Of a stretch of DNA of 64,000 bases, positions 29,658 through 37,898 are shown in pieces. The first letter of the stretch is position 1. The number at the start of each line of letters is the position of its first letter. The position numbers and the translations under genes were made by a program. Source of the stretch: Flavobacteriaceae bacterium (GTDB lineage: Bacteria; Bacteroidota; Bacteroidia; Flavobacteriales; Flavobacteriaceae); NCBI GenBank assembly GCA_018608625.1, contig JABAZC010000003.1, positions 3,801-67,800 on the forward strand, read 5' to 3'. Below the pieces are notes generated by a model. It saw only the letters and a program-made list of their open reading frames with translations, was not told the origin of the DNA and did not search any database.

Positions 29658-32063
29658 ATGAAAAAAATTACAAAATTATTTTTATCAGCAGTCCTATTAA
29701 TGGGATCATTAATTACGACTGCACAAACCGAAATTCCAAATGATTCTACATCTGTAGAGTTACAGGAAATTGTACTTGTTGGAGCTGGAGTTATTGATTT
29801 AGCATCTGATAGAAAAACACCAGTAGCGGTGTCAACAATTAAAGCATCTACAATTCAACAAAGAGCTGTTGGTAATGTAGAGTTTTCTGAAGCTTTCAAA
29901 AACACGCCATCGATCTACGTATCGAATCAAGCAGGTGGTTTTGGAGACAGTCAAGTGTTTACTCGTGGATTCTCACAGTCTAACACAGCATTCTTGTTAA
30001 ATGGACAGCCAATTAATGGAATGGAAGACGGTAAAATGTACTGGTCTAACTGGTCTGGTATGTCTGACGTTGCGAATGCGGTTCAAGTTCAAAGAGGATT
30101 AGGATCTTCTAAACTTGCAATTTCTTCTGTTGGTGGTACCGTAAATATTGTATCAAAGACAACAGACAAAAAACAAGGTGGTTACGTACGTTACATGTCA
30201 GGTAATGACAGCTACGTCAAAACAACTGCTTCTTATGATTCTGGTTTGCAGGATAATGGATGGGCTTACTCAGTGTTAATTGATCACTGGCAAGCACATA
30301 GAAAATATGCAGTAGGTACTGCTGGCCAAGGACAAACTTATTTTTTCTCAGTTGGAAAAAAATTCAATGAAAAGCATAGTTTAAACTTCTTGCTAACAGG
30401 GTCTCCACAATGGCATGATCAAAACTTTTCAAAAAGCAAAGAGTTTTATGCCCAAAATGGGATCAAAGCAAATACAAATACTGGTTTTTTTGAAGGTGAA
30501 CGTTTTACAGAAAGACGAAACTTTTATCATAAACCAATCGCTAACATCAACTGGGATTTTAACATAAATGATTCTATGGACCTATCCACTGTTTTATATG
30601 GTTCTTGGGGCCGTGGTGGAGGTACAGGAGGATATGGAAGAGGTCGTGTGCGTTATGAAGATTCTCAGCCTAACGGAAATAGACCAGGTCATGAAATTGA
30701 TTTTGATGCCATTCAAACAGAAAACATTGCCAATGCGGATGCAAATGGTAACGGTAACTACGGAGATTCTTATTTAAGAAGAGGGTCTATGAACATGCAT
30801 AACTGGTATGGAGTTGTTTCTAATTTAAACATTGATAATGGAGGAGATTTTACTTACAATTTTGGAGTAGATGGAAGAACATATACCGGGCAACATCACA
30901 GGCAAGTTGTAGATTATTTTGGTCTTAACGGATATGCTGATACTTACGGTTCTTCTAGAGCGGATGGATATGTAGTTACTGAATCGTTTGAGGCTGATCC
31001 ATGGTCTGCATTATTTAACTCCGCAGACTCAGGACAAAGAATTGCATATGATTATTCTGAAAGCATTAATTATGTTGGTGGATTTGGACAAGTTGAATAT
31101 TCAGTAGATGAATTTTCTGCTTTCCTTCAAGGTTCATTATCTACACAATCTTACCAAAGACATGGTGGACGTGATTTTGGAGATTCAGGAGATTCAGAAA
31201 AAGTTAATAAATCAGGATACAATGTTAAAGGGGGGGTTTCTTTTTCTAGTGAAGACGGCGCACATGCGGTTTTTGCTAATGGAGGTCTATACTCTAGACA
31301 ACCTTTCTTAGATAATATTTTCGATAATGTACGATATAGTAATGATTTAGTTGATACGGATATTGAAAATGAAGAAATCATTGGATTTGAAGCTGGTTAT
31401 CGTTTTACAGGTGACGAAGTAAAAGTTAATTTAGATCTGTATAGTACAGAATGGGGTAACCGATTCTTATCTTTTGGAGGTGAAAACGCTGCGGGTGATG
31501 TAACATTTTATAGATTTAATGATGTAACACAGATTCATTCAGGATTTGAATTTGACGTTCAATACAACCCAATAGCATCGGCACTTACTTATAGCCTTTA
31601 TGGTTCTCTTGGTGACTGGAAATATAAAGATTCAACTCCTTATCAACAATTTGACGATGAAACATCTTTATTAATCGATAGTGGTGAGATTAACCTTTCA
31701 GATGTAAAAGTTGGTCAAGCCCCACAATCATCTTTTGGATTAGGAATCGACTGGAAAGCGACTCCAAGGATGACATTCTACACGAACTACAACCAATATG
31801 GTAACTTCTATGGCTTTGTTGATGTAGAAGACGCTGTACAAGCAGGAGTTGATGGAGTTGATTATTCTTCAGAAAAACTAAACTCATATGGTTTAGTTGA
31901 TTTAGGAATGTCTTACAAGTTTTATGTAGGTTCTAACGCAGTAATGTTTAGAGCTAACGTTTATAACTTATTGGATGAAGAGTACATTGGCCAAGGAGAT
32001 GCTTACGGGTATTTCTACGGAAATGGGACAACCTGGAATGCAAGTTTACAATATAGATTCTAA
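29658..32063 (+). CDS. TonB-dependent receptor (plug + 22-strand barrel), no SusD partner
   Basis: Signal peptide, plug (DRKTPVAVSTIKAS...VQVQRGLGSSKLAISSVGGTVNIVSK), a Gly-rich loop (WGRGGGTGGYGRG), and a terminal ..WNASLQYRF. Confidence 0.88.
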   Translation: MKKITKLFLSAVLLMGSLITTAQTEIPNDSTSVELQEIVLVGAGVIDLASDRKTPVAVSTIKASTIQQRAVGNVEFSEAFKNTPSIYVSNQAGGFGDSQVFTRGFSQSNTAFLLNGQPINGMEDGKMYWSNWSGMSDVANAVQVQRGLGSSKLAISSVGGTVNIVSKTTDKKQGGYVRYMSGNDSYVKTTASYDSGLQDNGWAYSVLIDHWQAHRKYAVGTAGQGQTYFFSVGKKFNEKHSLNFLLTGSPQWHDQNFSKSKEFYAQNGIKANTNTGFFEGERFTERRNFYHKPIANINWDFNINDSMDLSTVLYGSWGRGGGTGGYGRGRVRYEDSQPNGNRPGHEIDFDAIQTENIANADANGNGNYGDSYLRRGSMNMHNWYGVVSNLNIDNGGDFTYNFGVDGRTYTGQHHRQVVDYFGLNGYADTYGSSRADGYVVTESFEADPWSALFNSADSGQRIAYDYSESINYVGGFGQVEYSVDEFSAFLQGSLSTQSYQRHGGRDFGDSGDSEKVNKSGYNVKGGVSFSSEDGAHAVFANGGLYSRQPFLDNIFDNVRYSNDLVDTDIENEEIIGFEAGYRFTGDEVKVNLDLYSTEWGNRFLSFGGENAAGDVTFYRFNDVTQIHSGFEFDVQYNPIASALTYSLYGSLGDWKYKDSTPYQQFDDETSLLIDSGEINLSDVKVGQAPQSSFGLGIDWKATPRMTFYTNYNQYGNFYGFVDVEDAVQAGVDGVDYSSEKLNSYGLVDLGMSYKFYVGSNAVMFRANVYNLLDEEYIGQGDAYGYFYGNGTTWNASLQYRF

Positions 32064-32086
32064 TATTTAAGAATATTAGAACTTTT

Positions 32087-32116
32087 AAAACCCTCACTTT
32101 TAGTGAGGGTTTTTTT
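32087..32116 (+). terminator. Rho-independent terminator after the first TBDR
   Basis: CCCTCACT-TTT-AGTGAGGG followed by a T7 run. Confidence 0.85.
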
Positions 32117-32189
32117 ATGCCTAATTTTCTTATTTTTATTTTAAGTGTTTTTTCAATATTAATAGTAATGAATTGAAAATTATTATGCT

Positions 32190-32197
32190 TAATTTTA
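32190..32197 (+). promoter_or_regulatory. Near-consensus -7 box TAATTTTA upstream of the second TBDR
   Basis: 7/8 match to TAnnTTTG, 41 nt upstream of the ATG at 32239. Same spacing as for the first TBDR. Confidence 0.3.
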
Positions 32198-32238
32198 CAA
32201 TGACTAATTCAAACAATTAATTAAACATAATTTAAATT

Positions 32239-34800
32239 ATGAAAAAAATCAAACAAATTTTAACCTTAGGTTTTATGATCTGTGGTCTTTCAGTTACCGC
32301 TCAAAGCACGATTACTGGGGTTGTTCAAGACGCCAACATGCAAGATCCTTTGCCTGGGGCTACAATCATTGAGAAAGGAACCGCCAACGGAGTCTCTACT
32401 GACTTTGATGGGAACTTCACATTAAAAACATTAAACCCTACGGGTGAGATTGTTGTCTCGTATGTTGGTTATGGGTCCTTTACATTAGCTTTTTCTAAAA
32501 GTGCCGACTTAGGTTCTATTTCTTTAGAAACCAATGAATTAGGCTTAGAAGAAGTTCAGCTTTTTGCTTCGGTTGCGATTGACAGAAAAACGCCAGTCGC
32601 AGTATCTACAATTAAGGCTGCTGAGATTGAACTTAAACTTGGAACTCAAGAATTTCCTGAGATTTTAAAATCAACTCCAGGAGTATATGCTACCAAAGCA
32701 GGTGGTGGATATGGTGATGGTAGAATTAACCTTAGAGGGTTTAATTCTGAAAATGTTGCAGTATTAATAAACGGTATTCCTGTAAATGACATGGAGAATG
32801 GTCGTGTATACTGGTCAAACTGGGCTGGATTAGGGGATGTCACTTCTTCTATGCAGGTTCAAAGAGGTCTTGGAGCTTCCAAGGTTGCAGTACCTTCAAT
32901 TGGAGGAACAATTAATATTATCACCAAAACAACTGATGTTGAAACTGGTGGAAACATATTTTCGTCAATCGCCAATGATGGGTATGAAAAGCTCGGCGCA
33001 ACCTACTCTACAGGAATTATGGACAGTGGTCTTGCAGCTACAGTTTCTCTTGCAAGAACAAGAGGAAATGGCTACGTTGACGGTACTGAGTTTAACGGAG
33101 TTTCTTATTTTTTAAATTTATCTAAAGAAATCAATGAGGATCACAAAATAGCATTCTCTGTATTCGGAGCTAAACAGCGTCACGGACAAAGACAAAATAG
33201 ACATTTAATTGAGACTTTTAGAAACGCTGAAAGAGGTAGAAAATTCAATTCAGATTGGGGTTACAAAAAGGGACAAGTTACTCATCAAGAGGACAACTTC
33301 TATAACAAACCACAAATTTCATTAAATCATTACTGGACAATTAATGAAAAATCTAGTTTATCAACTGTATTGTATGCTTCCTTTGGTTCTGGCGGCGGCG
33401 GTGGAACTGCTAGGTTACGTGATACTGCGGATAAGTTTATTATGGATGGATCAGGTTACAGCGATTATAGAGATGGACTATATGGAACTTTAGATTTTGA
33501 TAAAATTGTTGATGAAAACATTTCAAGAGGTGCTCTAGGGTCTCAATCAATTTTAAGAGCTTCTCACAATGATCACAACTGGTATGGTGCTTTGTCTACA
33601 TACAAAGTAGACCTTTCAGATGATCTGGTGTTATTAGCTGGATTGGACGCTAGAAGCTACACTGGTAAGCATTACCAGACTGTAACAGATCTTTTAGGAG
33701 GACAATATTTCTTAGATAACAGCAACGAAAACAATCCTAATGCTGCATTGCAAGTCGGAGATAAAAGAAGTTATAACAATGACGGAAATGTTGGTTGGTT
33801 AGGAGCTTTTGGTCAGTTAGAGTATGATGTCAATGATAACTTTAATACTTTTATTTCTTTAGCATTATCAAACACATCTTACCAACGAGTTGATTACTTT
33901 AACTATCTAGATTCGGACCCATTACAAACTACAGACACTTACAACTTTTTGGGGTATAGTGCTAAGGGTGGTGCTAATTACAGAGTTAATGAGAATCACA
34001 ATGTTTTTGCAAATATTGGATATTTTGAAAAAGCTGCAGGTTTTGATGCTGTGTTCTTGAATTTCAATAACGAGACGATAAATGCAGATGCAGAAAATCA
34101 AAAAATTACTAGCTTTGAATTAGGGTACGGTTACAGATCAGGAAAATTATCTGCTAATGTAAATATATACCACACTGCATGGAGAGACAGAACAGAGACT
34201 CAAAGTTTCCGTCAACCAGACAATACAAATGCTGTAGCAAACATCTTAGGAGTAGACGCTGTTCACCAAGGGCTTGAATTAGATTTTTTATATAGAGCAT
34301 CAGAAAAACTAAAAATTACAGGAATGGCTTCATTTGGTGATTGGAGATGGGATAGTAATGTAGAAAATGTTCAAATTACAAACGAAGATCAAGAAGTTGT
34401 GGATACTGTAAACTTATATATTGAAGGTTTACACGTTGCAGATGCTGCTCAAACAACAATGGCTTTAGGCCTTAATTATAAATTAACTCCAAAAACAACT
34501 TTTGTTGTTGACTATAACTACTATGCTGATCTTTATGCTGATTTTGACCCTAGCCGAAGAGGTACTCTAGGAGCTCCTGATGCATGGAATATGCCTGACT
34601 ATGGTTTGTTTGACACATTAATAAGTCACACTTTTGACTTAGGACCTTTTGAAACTACTATGACAGCTCGTATGAACAATGTATTTGATACTGAATATAT
34701 TTCAGATGCTAGAGACGGATCAGGATCTGTAGCTAATACTTCTTTAGTGTATTATGGTTATGGAAGAACATTCAGCCTTGGTGCAAAACTTAACTTCTAA
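32239..34800 (+). CDS. TonB-dependent receptor with N-terminal carboxypeptidase-regulatory-like domain; paralogue of 29658..32063
   Basis: ITGVVQDANMQDPLPGATIIEKGTANGVSTDFDGNFTL (CarbopepD_reg-like). Plug DRKTPVAVSTIKAA...MQVQRGLGASKVAVPSIGGTINIITK. Gly-rich loop FGSGGGGGT. Terminal ..SLGAKLNF. Confidence 0.88.
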   Translation: MKKIKQILTLGFMICGLSVTAQSTITGVVQDANMQDPLPGATIIEKGTANGVSTDFDGNFTLKTLNPTGEIVVSYVGYGSFTLAFSKSADLGSISLETNELGLEEVQLFASVAIDRKTPVAVSTIKAAEIELKLGTQEFPEILKSTPGVYATKAGGGYGDGRINLRGFNSENVAVLINGIPVNDMENGRVYWSNWAGLGDVTSSMQVQRGLGASKVAVPSIGGTINIITKTTDVETGGNIFSSIANDGYEKLGATYSTGIMDSGLAATVSLARTRGNGYVDGTEFNGVSYFLNLSKEINEDHKIAFSVFGAKQRHGQRQNRHLIETFRNAERGRKFNSDWGYKKGQVTHQEDNFYNKPQISLNHYWTINEKSSLSTVLYASFGSGGGGGTARLRDTADKFIMDGSGYSDYRDGLYGTLDFDKIVDENISRGALGSQSILRASHNDHNWYGALSTYKVDLSDDLVLLAGLDARSYTGKHYQTVTDLLGGQYFLDNSNENNPNAALQVGDKRSYNNDGNVGWLGAFGQLEYDVNDNFNTFISLALSNTSYQRVDYFNYLDSDPLQTTDTYNFLGYSAKGGANYRVNENHNVFANIGYFEKAAGFDAVFLNFNNETINADAENQKITSFELGYGYRSGKLSANVNIYHTAWRDRTETQSFRQPDNTNAVANILGVDAVHQGLELDFLYRASEKLKITGMASFGDWRWDSNVENVQITNEDQEVVDTVNLYIEGLHVADAAQTTMALGLNYKLTPKTTFVVDYNYYADLYADFDPSRRGTLGAPDAWNMPDYGLFDTLISHTFDLGPFETTMTARMNNVFDTEYISDARDGSGSVANTSLVYYGYGRTFSLGAKLNF

Positions 34801-34812
34801 AAAAATAAAATA

Positions 34813-35922
34813 ATGAAAAAAATAATTTATTGTTTAGCAATTTTAGGAACTACAATGATGAGTTGTAGTCCTAATGAAGACATCTATAATGACTTAGATG
34901 CACAAGCAAGTCCAATTGTTGGCGATGTAGTCTATACACTTACAGACGACGATTACGATGATTTAAACTTAAACTATGGCAACTTCAATTCAACTGAAGA
35001 TGCCAAGGAAATGATTCCTAGTTTATTGTCTGATATTTTTCCTGTATGGGGGCTTGGCTCAAGTGCATTAGTATCATTTAATGTATACAATCCAGTTTCA
35101 ACATATGAATCTGAAATAAGAGAAATATCTGCTGCAGAATGTAATGCCATTACTGGTCAAACTTATGGAAACTTTTCAAGTAGTGGACATATATACAGCT
35201 TCCTAGCAGCGGAATACCCAAACCCAAGTGAAGGTGATTTTGTGTCTTTACGTTATGACTATTATTCTGGAAGCGTAAGCACGCTAACAAATGGTTTTGC
35301 TTATGAAAATGGAGATTGGTTAAAGTTTACTGGATTTACAGAAGATCAGTACTTTGCAATGGGAGAAAGCTATCCTAACTTTTCAAGTTCAGACGAAGCG
35401 GATATAAAAATCCCTGTAGCTTTATTAGATGTATATCAATTTAACCCAAGAAGTGCTGGCGATATTGTATTGTCAATGTATGAATTATATATGGGCGGTG
35501 GAGTTACTAAAAGTTTTACAGCAGCATTTATTTTTGATGGTGTTGCCTTTCATCCATATGAAAACGAAATTGAAGTAACAGTTCAGTTTGGTCATGATGG
35601 AGAAAATTGGGTTCCAGATAATACTATCAAATATGATTTAACTTCAACTGATGTAGCTTTTATCTCCAGTGAGTTTATGAGTTTATACCCTGGTCCAGCA
35701 GATAACGTTGGATATTTTGGAAGTTTTGACAGAAGAACTTCTAGTTCTAATTACTGGTCAGACAGTATGTTATTAGAAGCTTTTAACGCGCTATTAGATG
35801 ATATGGATTCTTCTGCTGAGGAAGGACAAAAATATGTTCTTAAATTTGTTGTTTACACTGGTGCAACAGGAAACGAAACTATGAGTCTTATCAAAACTGA
35901 TGGAATGTGGGTTGTTAACTAA
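34813..35922 (+). CDS. Lipoprotein of unknown function with about 4 degenerate internal repeats, co-transcribed with the second TBDR
   Basis: Lipobox LGTTMMSC. 12-nt gap after the TBDR stop. Recurring Y(G/P)NF(N/S)S..(D/E)A...P.LL...P....GD.V...Y..Y blocks. Confidence 0.6.
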   Translation: MKKIIYCLAILGTTMMSCSPNEDIYNDLDAQASPIVGDVVYTLTDDDYDDLNLNYGNFNSTEDAKEMIPSLLSDIFPVWGLGSSALVSFNVYNPVSTYESEIREISAAECNAITGQTYGNFSSSGHIYSFLAAEYPNPSEGDFVSLRYDYYSGSVSTLTNGFAYENGDWLKFTGFTEDQYFAMGESYPNFSSSDEADIKIPVALLDVYQFNPRSAGDIVLSMYELYMGGGVTKSFTAAFIFDGVAFHPYENEIEVTVQFGHDGENWVPDNTIKYDLTSTDVAFISSEFMSLYPGPADNVGYFGSFDRRTSSSNYWSDSMLLEAFNALLDDMDSSAEEGQKYVLKFVVYTGATGNETMSLIKTDGMWVVN

Positions 35923-35940
35923 CACCCCAACACATTTTTA

Positions 35941-35980
35941 AAAGCATAAAGCCACCTATTTATAGATGGCTTTATGCTTT
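35941..35980 (+). terminator. Long hairpin (possible attenuating terminator) after the lipoprotein gene
   Basis: AAAGCATAAAGCCA...TGGCTTTATGCTTT has 14-bp arms but only a weak, interrupted T tract. Confidence 0.5.
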
Positions 35981-35999
35981 AATTTTAATATATTTGATT

Positions 36000-37361
36000 A
36001 TGAAAAAAATTATACCAGCTTTCCTTTTTATCAGTTTATTTATTAATTGTAGTTCAGGAGACGACTCCACCTCAGATAATAACAATGACAACAATAATAA
36101 CAATACCCAGCCTATTGCTGTTGATGACTTTTTTGACACATTAGAAGATACGGATTACGATATAGAAAACTTATTGTCAAATGACACTATTGAAGACTAT
36201 GCATATATTGAGTCTTTTGATGAAACAACTATTGAAAATGGAATTATAGTTGACAATAGAGATGACACTTATACGTATACTCCAGCCGATGATTTTGTTG
36301 GAGAAGATTCTTTTACTTATACGCTTTGTGATAACGACTCTCCAGCGGATTGCTCTACAGCAACAGTTACAATTATCGTTGCAGACCAAGGAGATCCAGT
36401 AGCGGAAGATGATGCTCATAATGTTACGAAAAACACCACAAAGACTATCACTAATTTATTAGATAACGATAGTGTCATTGATGAAGCGATTCTTTCCTCG
36501 ATTGATACTTCTGGTACTTTGGGTGAAGTTGTATTTAACACAGATGGTTCTATTCTATACACACCACCAACTAATTACGTTGGGTCTGATAGTTTCAGTT
36601 ATAATTTATGTGATGACGACACACCTGACAACACCTGTTCTTCAGCTGTAGTTTCTATTAATGTTTTAGATACAGTCTTATTTAATATTCCAGCGGATTT
36701 ACTAGATTATTATACAGGAGTTCAATTCTCTGAGGACTCAGGAATAATGTATGATGAGTTGTCTACCCATACTACAGATAACCATACCACGATACTTACA
36801 TATACACAAAGACACCAATACTTATATGATGCTGATGCAGACTTAACTACTTCTGATAATGTGGTGTTGATGTATTCAGGAGAAACACGCTATTGGCAAG
36901 AATATACCTCTGGCTCAAATTCCTATACACCTCAGACATTTAACACTGAACACGTCTATCCACAGTCATTATTAAATTCTTCTATAGCCTTAACGGATCT
37001 TTATCACCTAAGAGTGTGTGATGCTAGCATTAATACGACAAGAAGTAATAAAGCCTTTGCTGAAGGAAGTGGAGCCTATTCTTTAACATCATCTAACAAA
37101 TGGTTTCCAGGAGACGAATGGCGTGGTGATGTAGCACGAATGATCTTGTATTTAAATATTAGATATGGTGAGAGTTTTGACCCTGTAGGTAACTTGGACC
37201 TTTTTCTAACTTGGAACTTAGAAGATCCAGTATCTGAATTTGAAAATCAGAGAAATACTGTTATATACTCTGCTCAAGGAAATAGAAATCCTTTTATTGA
37301 CAACCCTTATTTAGCAACTATTATTTGGGGTGGTGAAGCTGCTGAGAATAAATGGGATTAA
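36000..37361 (+). CDS. Secreted lipoprotein: two tandem Ig/cadherin-like modules fused to an endonuclease I (EndA/Vvn family) domain
   Basis: Lipobox LFINCSS and a poly-Asn linker. Two ~90-aa repeats end in DSFTYTLCDND.. / DSFSYNLCDDD... Nuclease motifs: NTEHVYPQS, DLYHLRVCDASINTTRSNK, RGDVARMILYL, QGNRNPFIDNP. Confidence 0.85.
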   Translation: MKKIIPAFLFISLFINCSSGDDSTSDNNNDNNNNNTQPIAVDDFFDTLEDTDYDIENLLSNDTIEDYAYIESFDETTIENGIIVDNRDDTYTYTPADDFVGEDSFTYTLCDNDSPADCSTATVTIIVADQGDPVAEDDAHNVTKNTTKTITNLLDNDSVIDEAILSSIDTSGTLGEVVFNTDGSILYTPPTNYVGSDSFSYNLCDDDTPDNTCSSAVVSINVLDTVLFNIPADLLDYYTGVQFSEDSGIMYDELSTHTTDNHTTILTYTQRHQYLYDADADLTTSDNVVLMYSGETRYWQEYTSGSNSYTPQTFNTEHVYPQSLLNSSIALTDLYHLRVCDASINTTRSNKAFAEGSGAYSLTSSNKWFPGDEWRGDVARMILYLNIRYGESFDPVGNLDLFLTWNLEDPVSEFENQRNTVIYSAQGNRNPFIDNPYLATIIWGGEAAENKWD

Positions 37362-37403
37362 TATTATATTAACTATATCTCATATATTTTAAAATTCTCC
37401 ATT

Positions 37404-37835
37404 ATGATTCAAACTATTCATTCTTACTGGGCTTATTTGATCCTTGTTGTACTAATTTTAGCCGTATTAAAATCCTTTTATGGATATTTTGCCAAGAAAG
37501 ATTACGATGCTAATGCTTTTAGATTGTCTTTATTCACACTAATTGTTTCTCACATTCAGTTACTTATAGGTCTTCTTCTCTATTTCACCTCTGCCCGTTT
37601 TGGACTTTGGAGCGACTTAGGGGTAGGAGAGGTCATGAGGAATGCCGATATACGATTATACCTTGTTGAGCATCCAACAATTAACATTTTGGCTGTAGCT
37701 TTAATTACCGTAGGCTATTCTAAACATAAAAAGAAATTGGTCTCTAGGCCTAAATATAAAACCATTGCTATTTTTTATACTATTGCTTTAATCCTTATCT
37801 TATCTAGGATTCCATGGAGCGTTTGGCCCAATTAA
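37404..37835 (+). CDS. Hypothetical 4-TM membrane protein
   Basis: 143 aa and hydrophobic. No motif recognised. Confidence 0.45.
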   Translation: MIQTIHSYWAYLILVVLILAVLKSFYGYFAKKDYDANAFRLSLFTLIVSHIQLLIGLLLYFTSARFGLWSDLGVGEVMRNADIRLYLVEHPTINILAVALITVGYSKHKKKLVSRPKYKTIAIFYTIALILILSRIPWSVWPN

Positions 37836-37843
37836 CATTAATA

Positions 37844-37883
37844 GTCATAAAAAAAACAGCCAATTGGCTGTTTTTTTTATGAC
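37844..37883. terminator. Perfect 40-bp palindrome, bidirectional terminator between convergent genes
   Basis: GTCAT-A8-CAGCC-AATT-GGCTG-T8-ATGAC, read directly from the sequence. Confidence 0.85.
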
Positions 37884-37898
37884 TATTCCCCACTGTAT

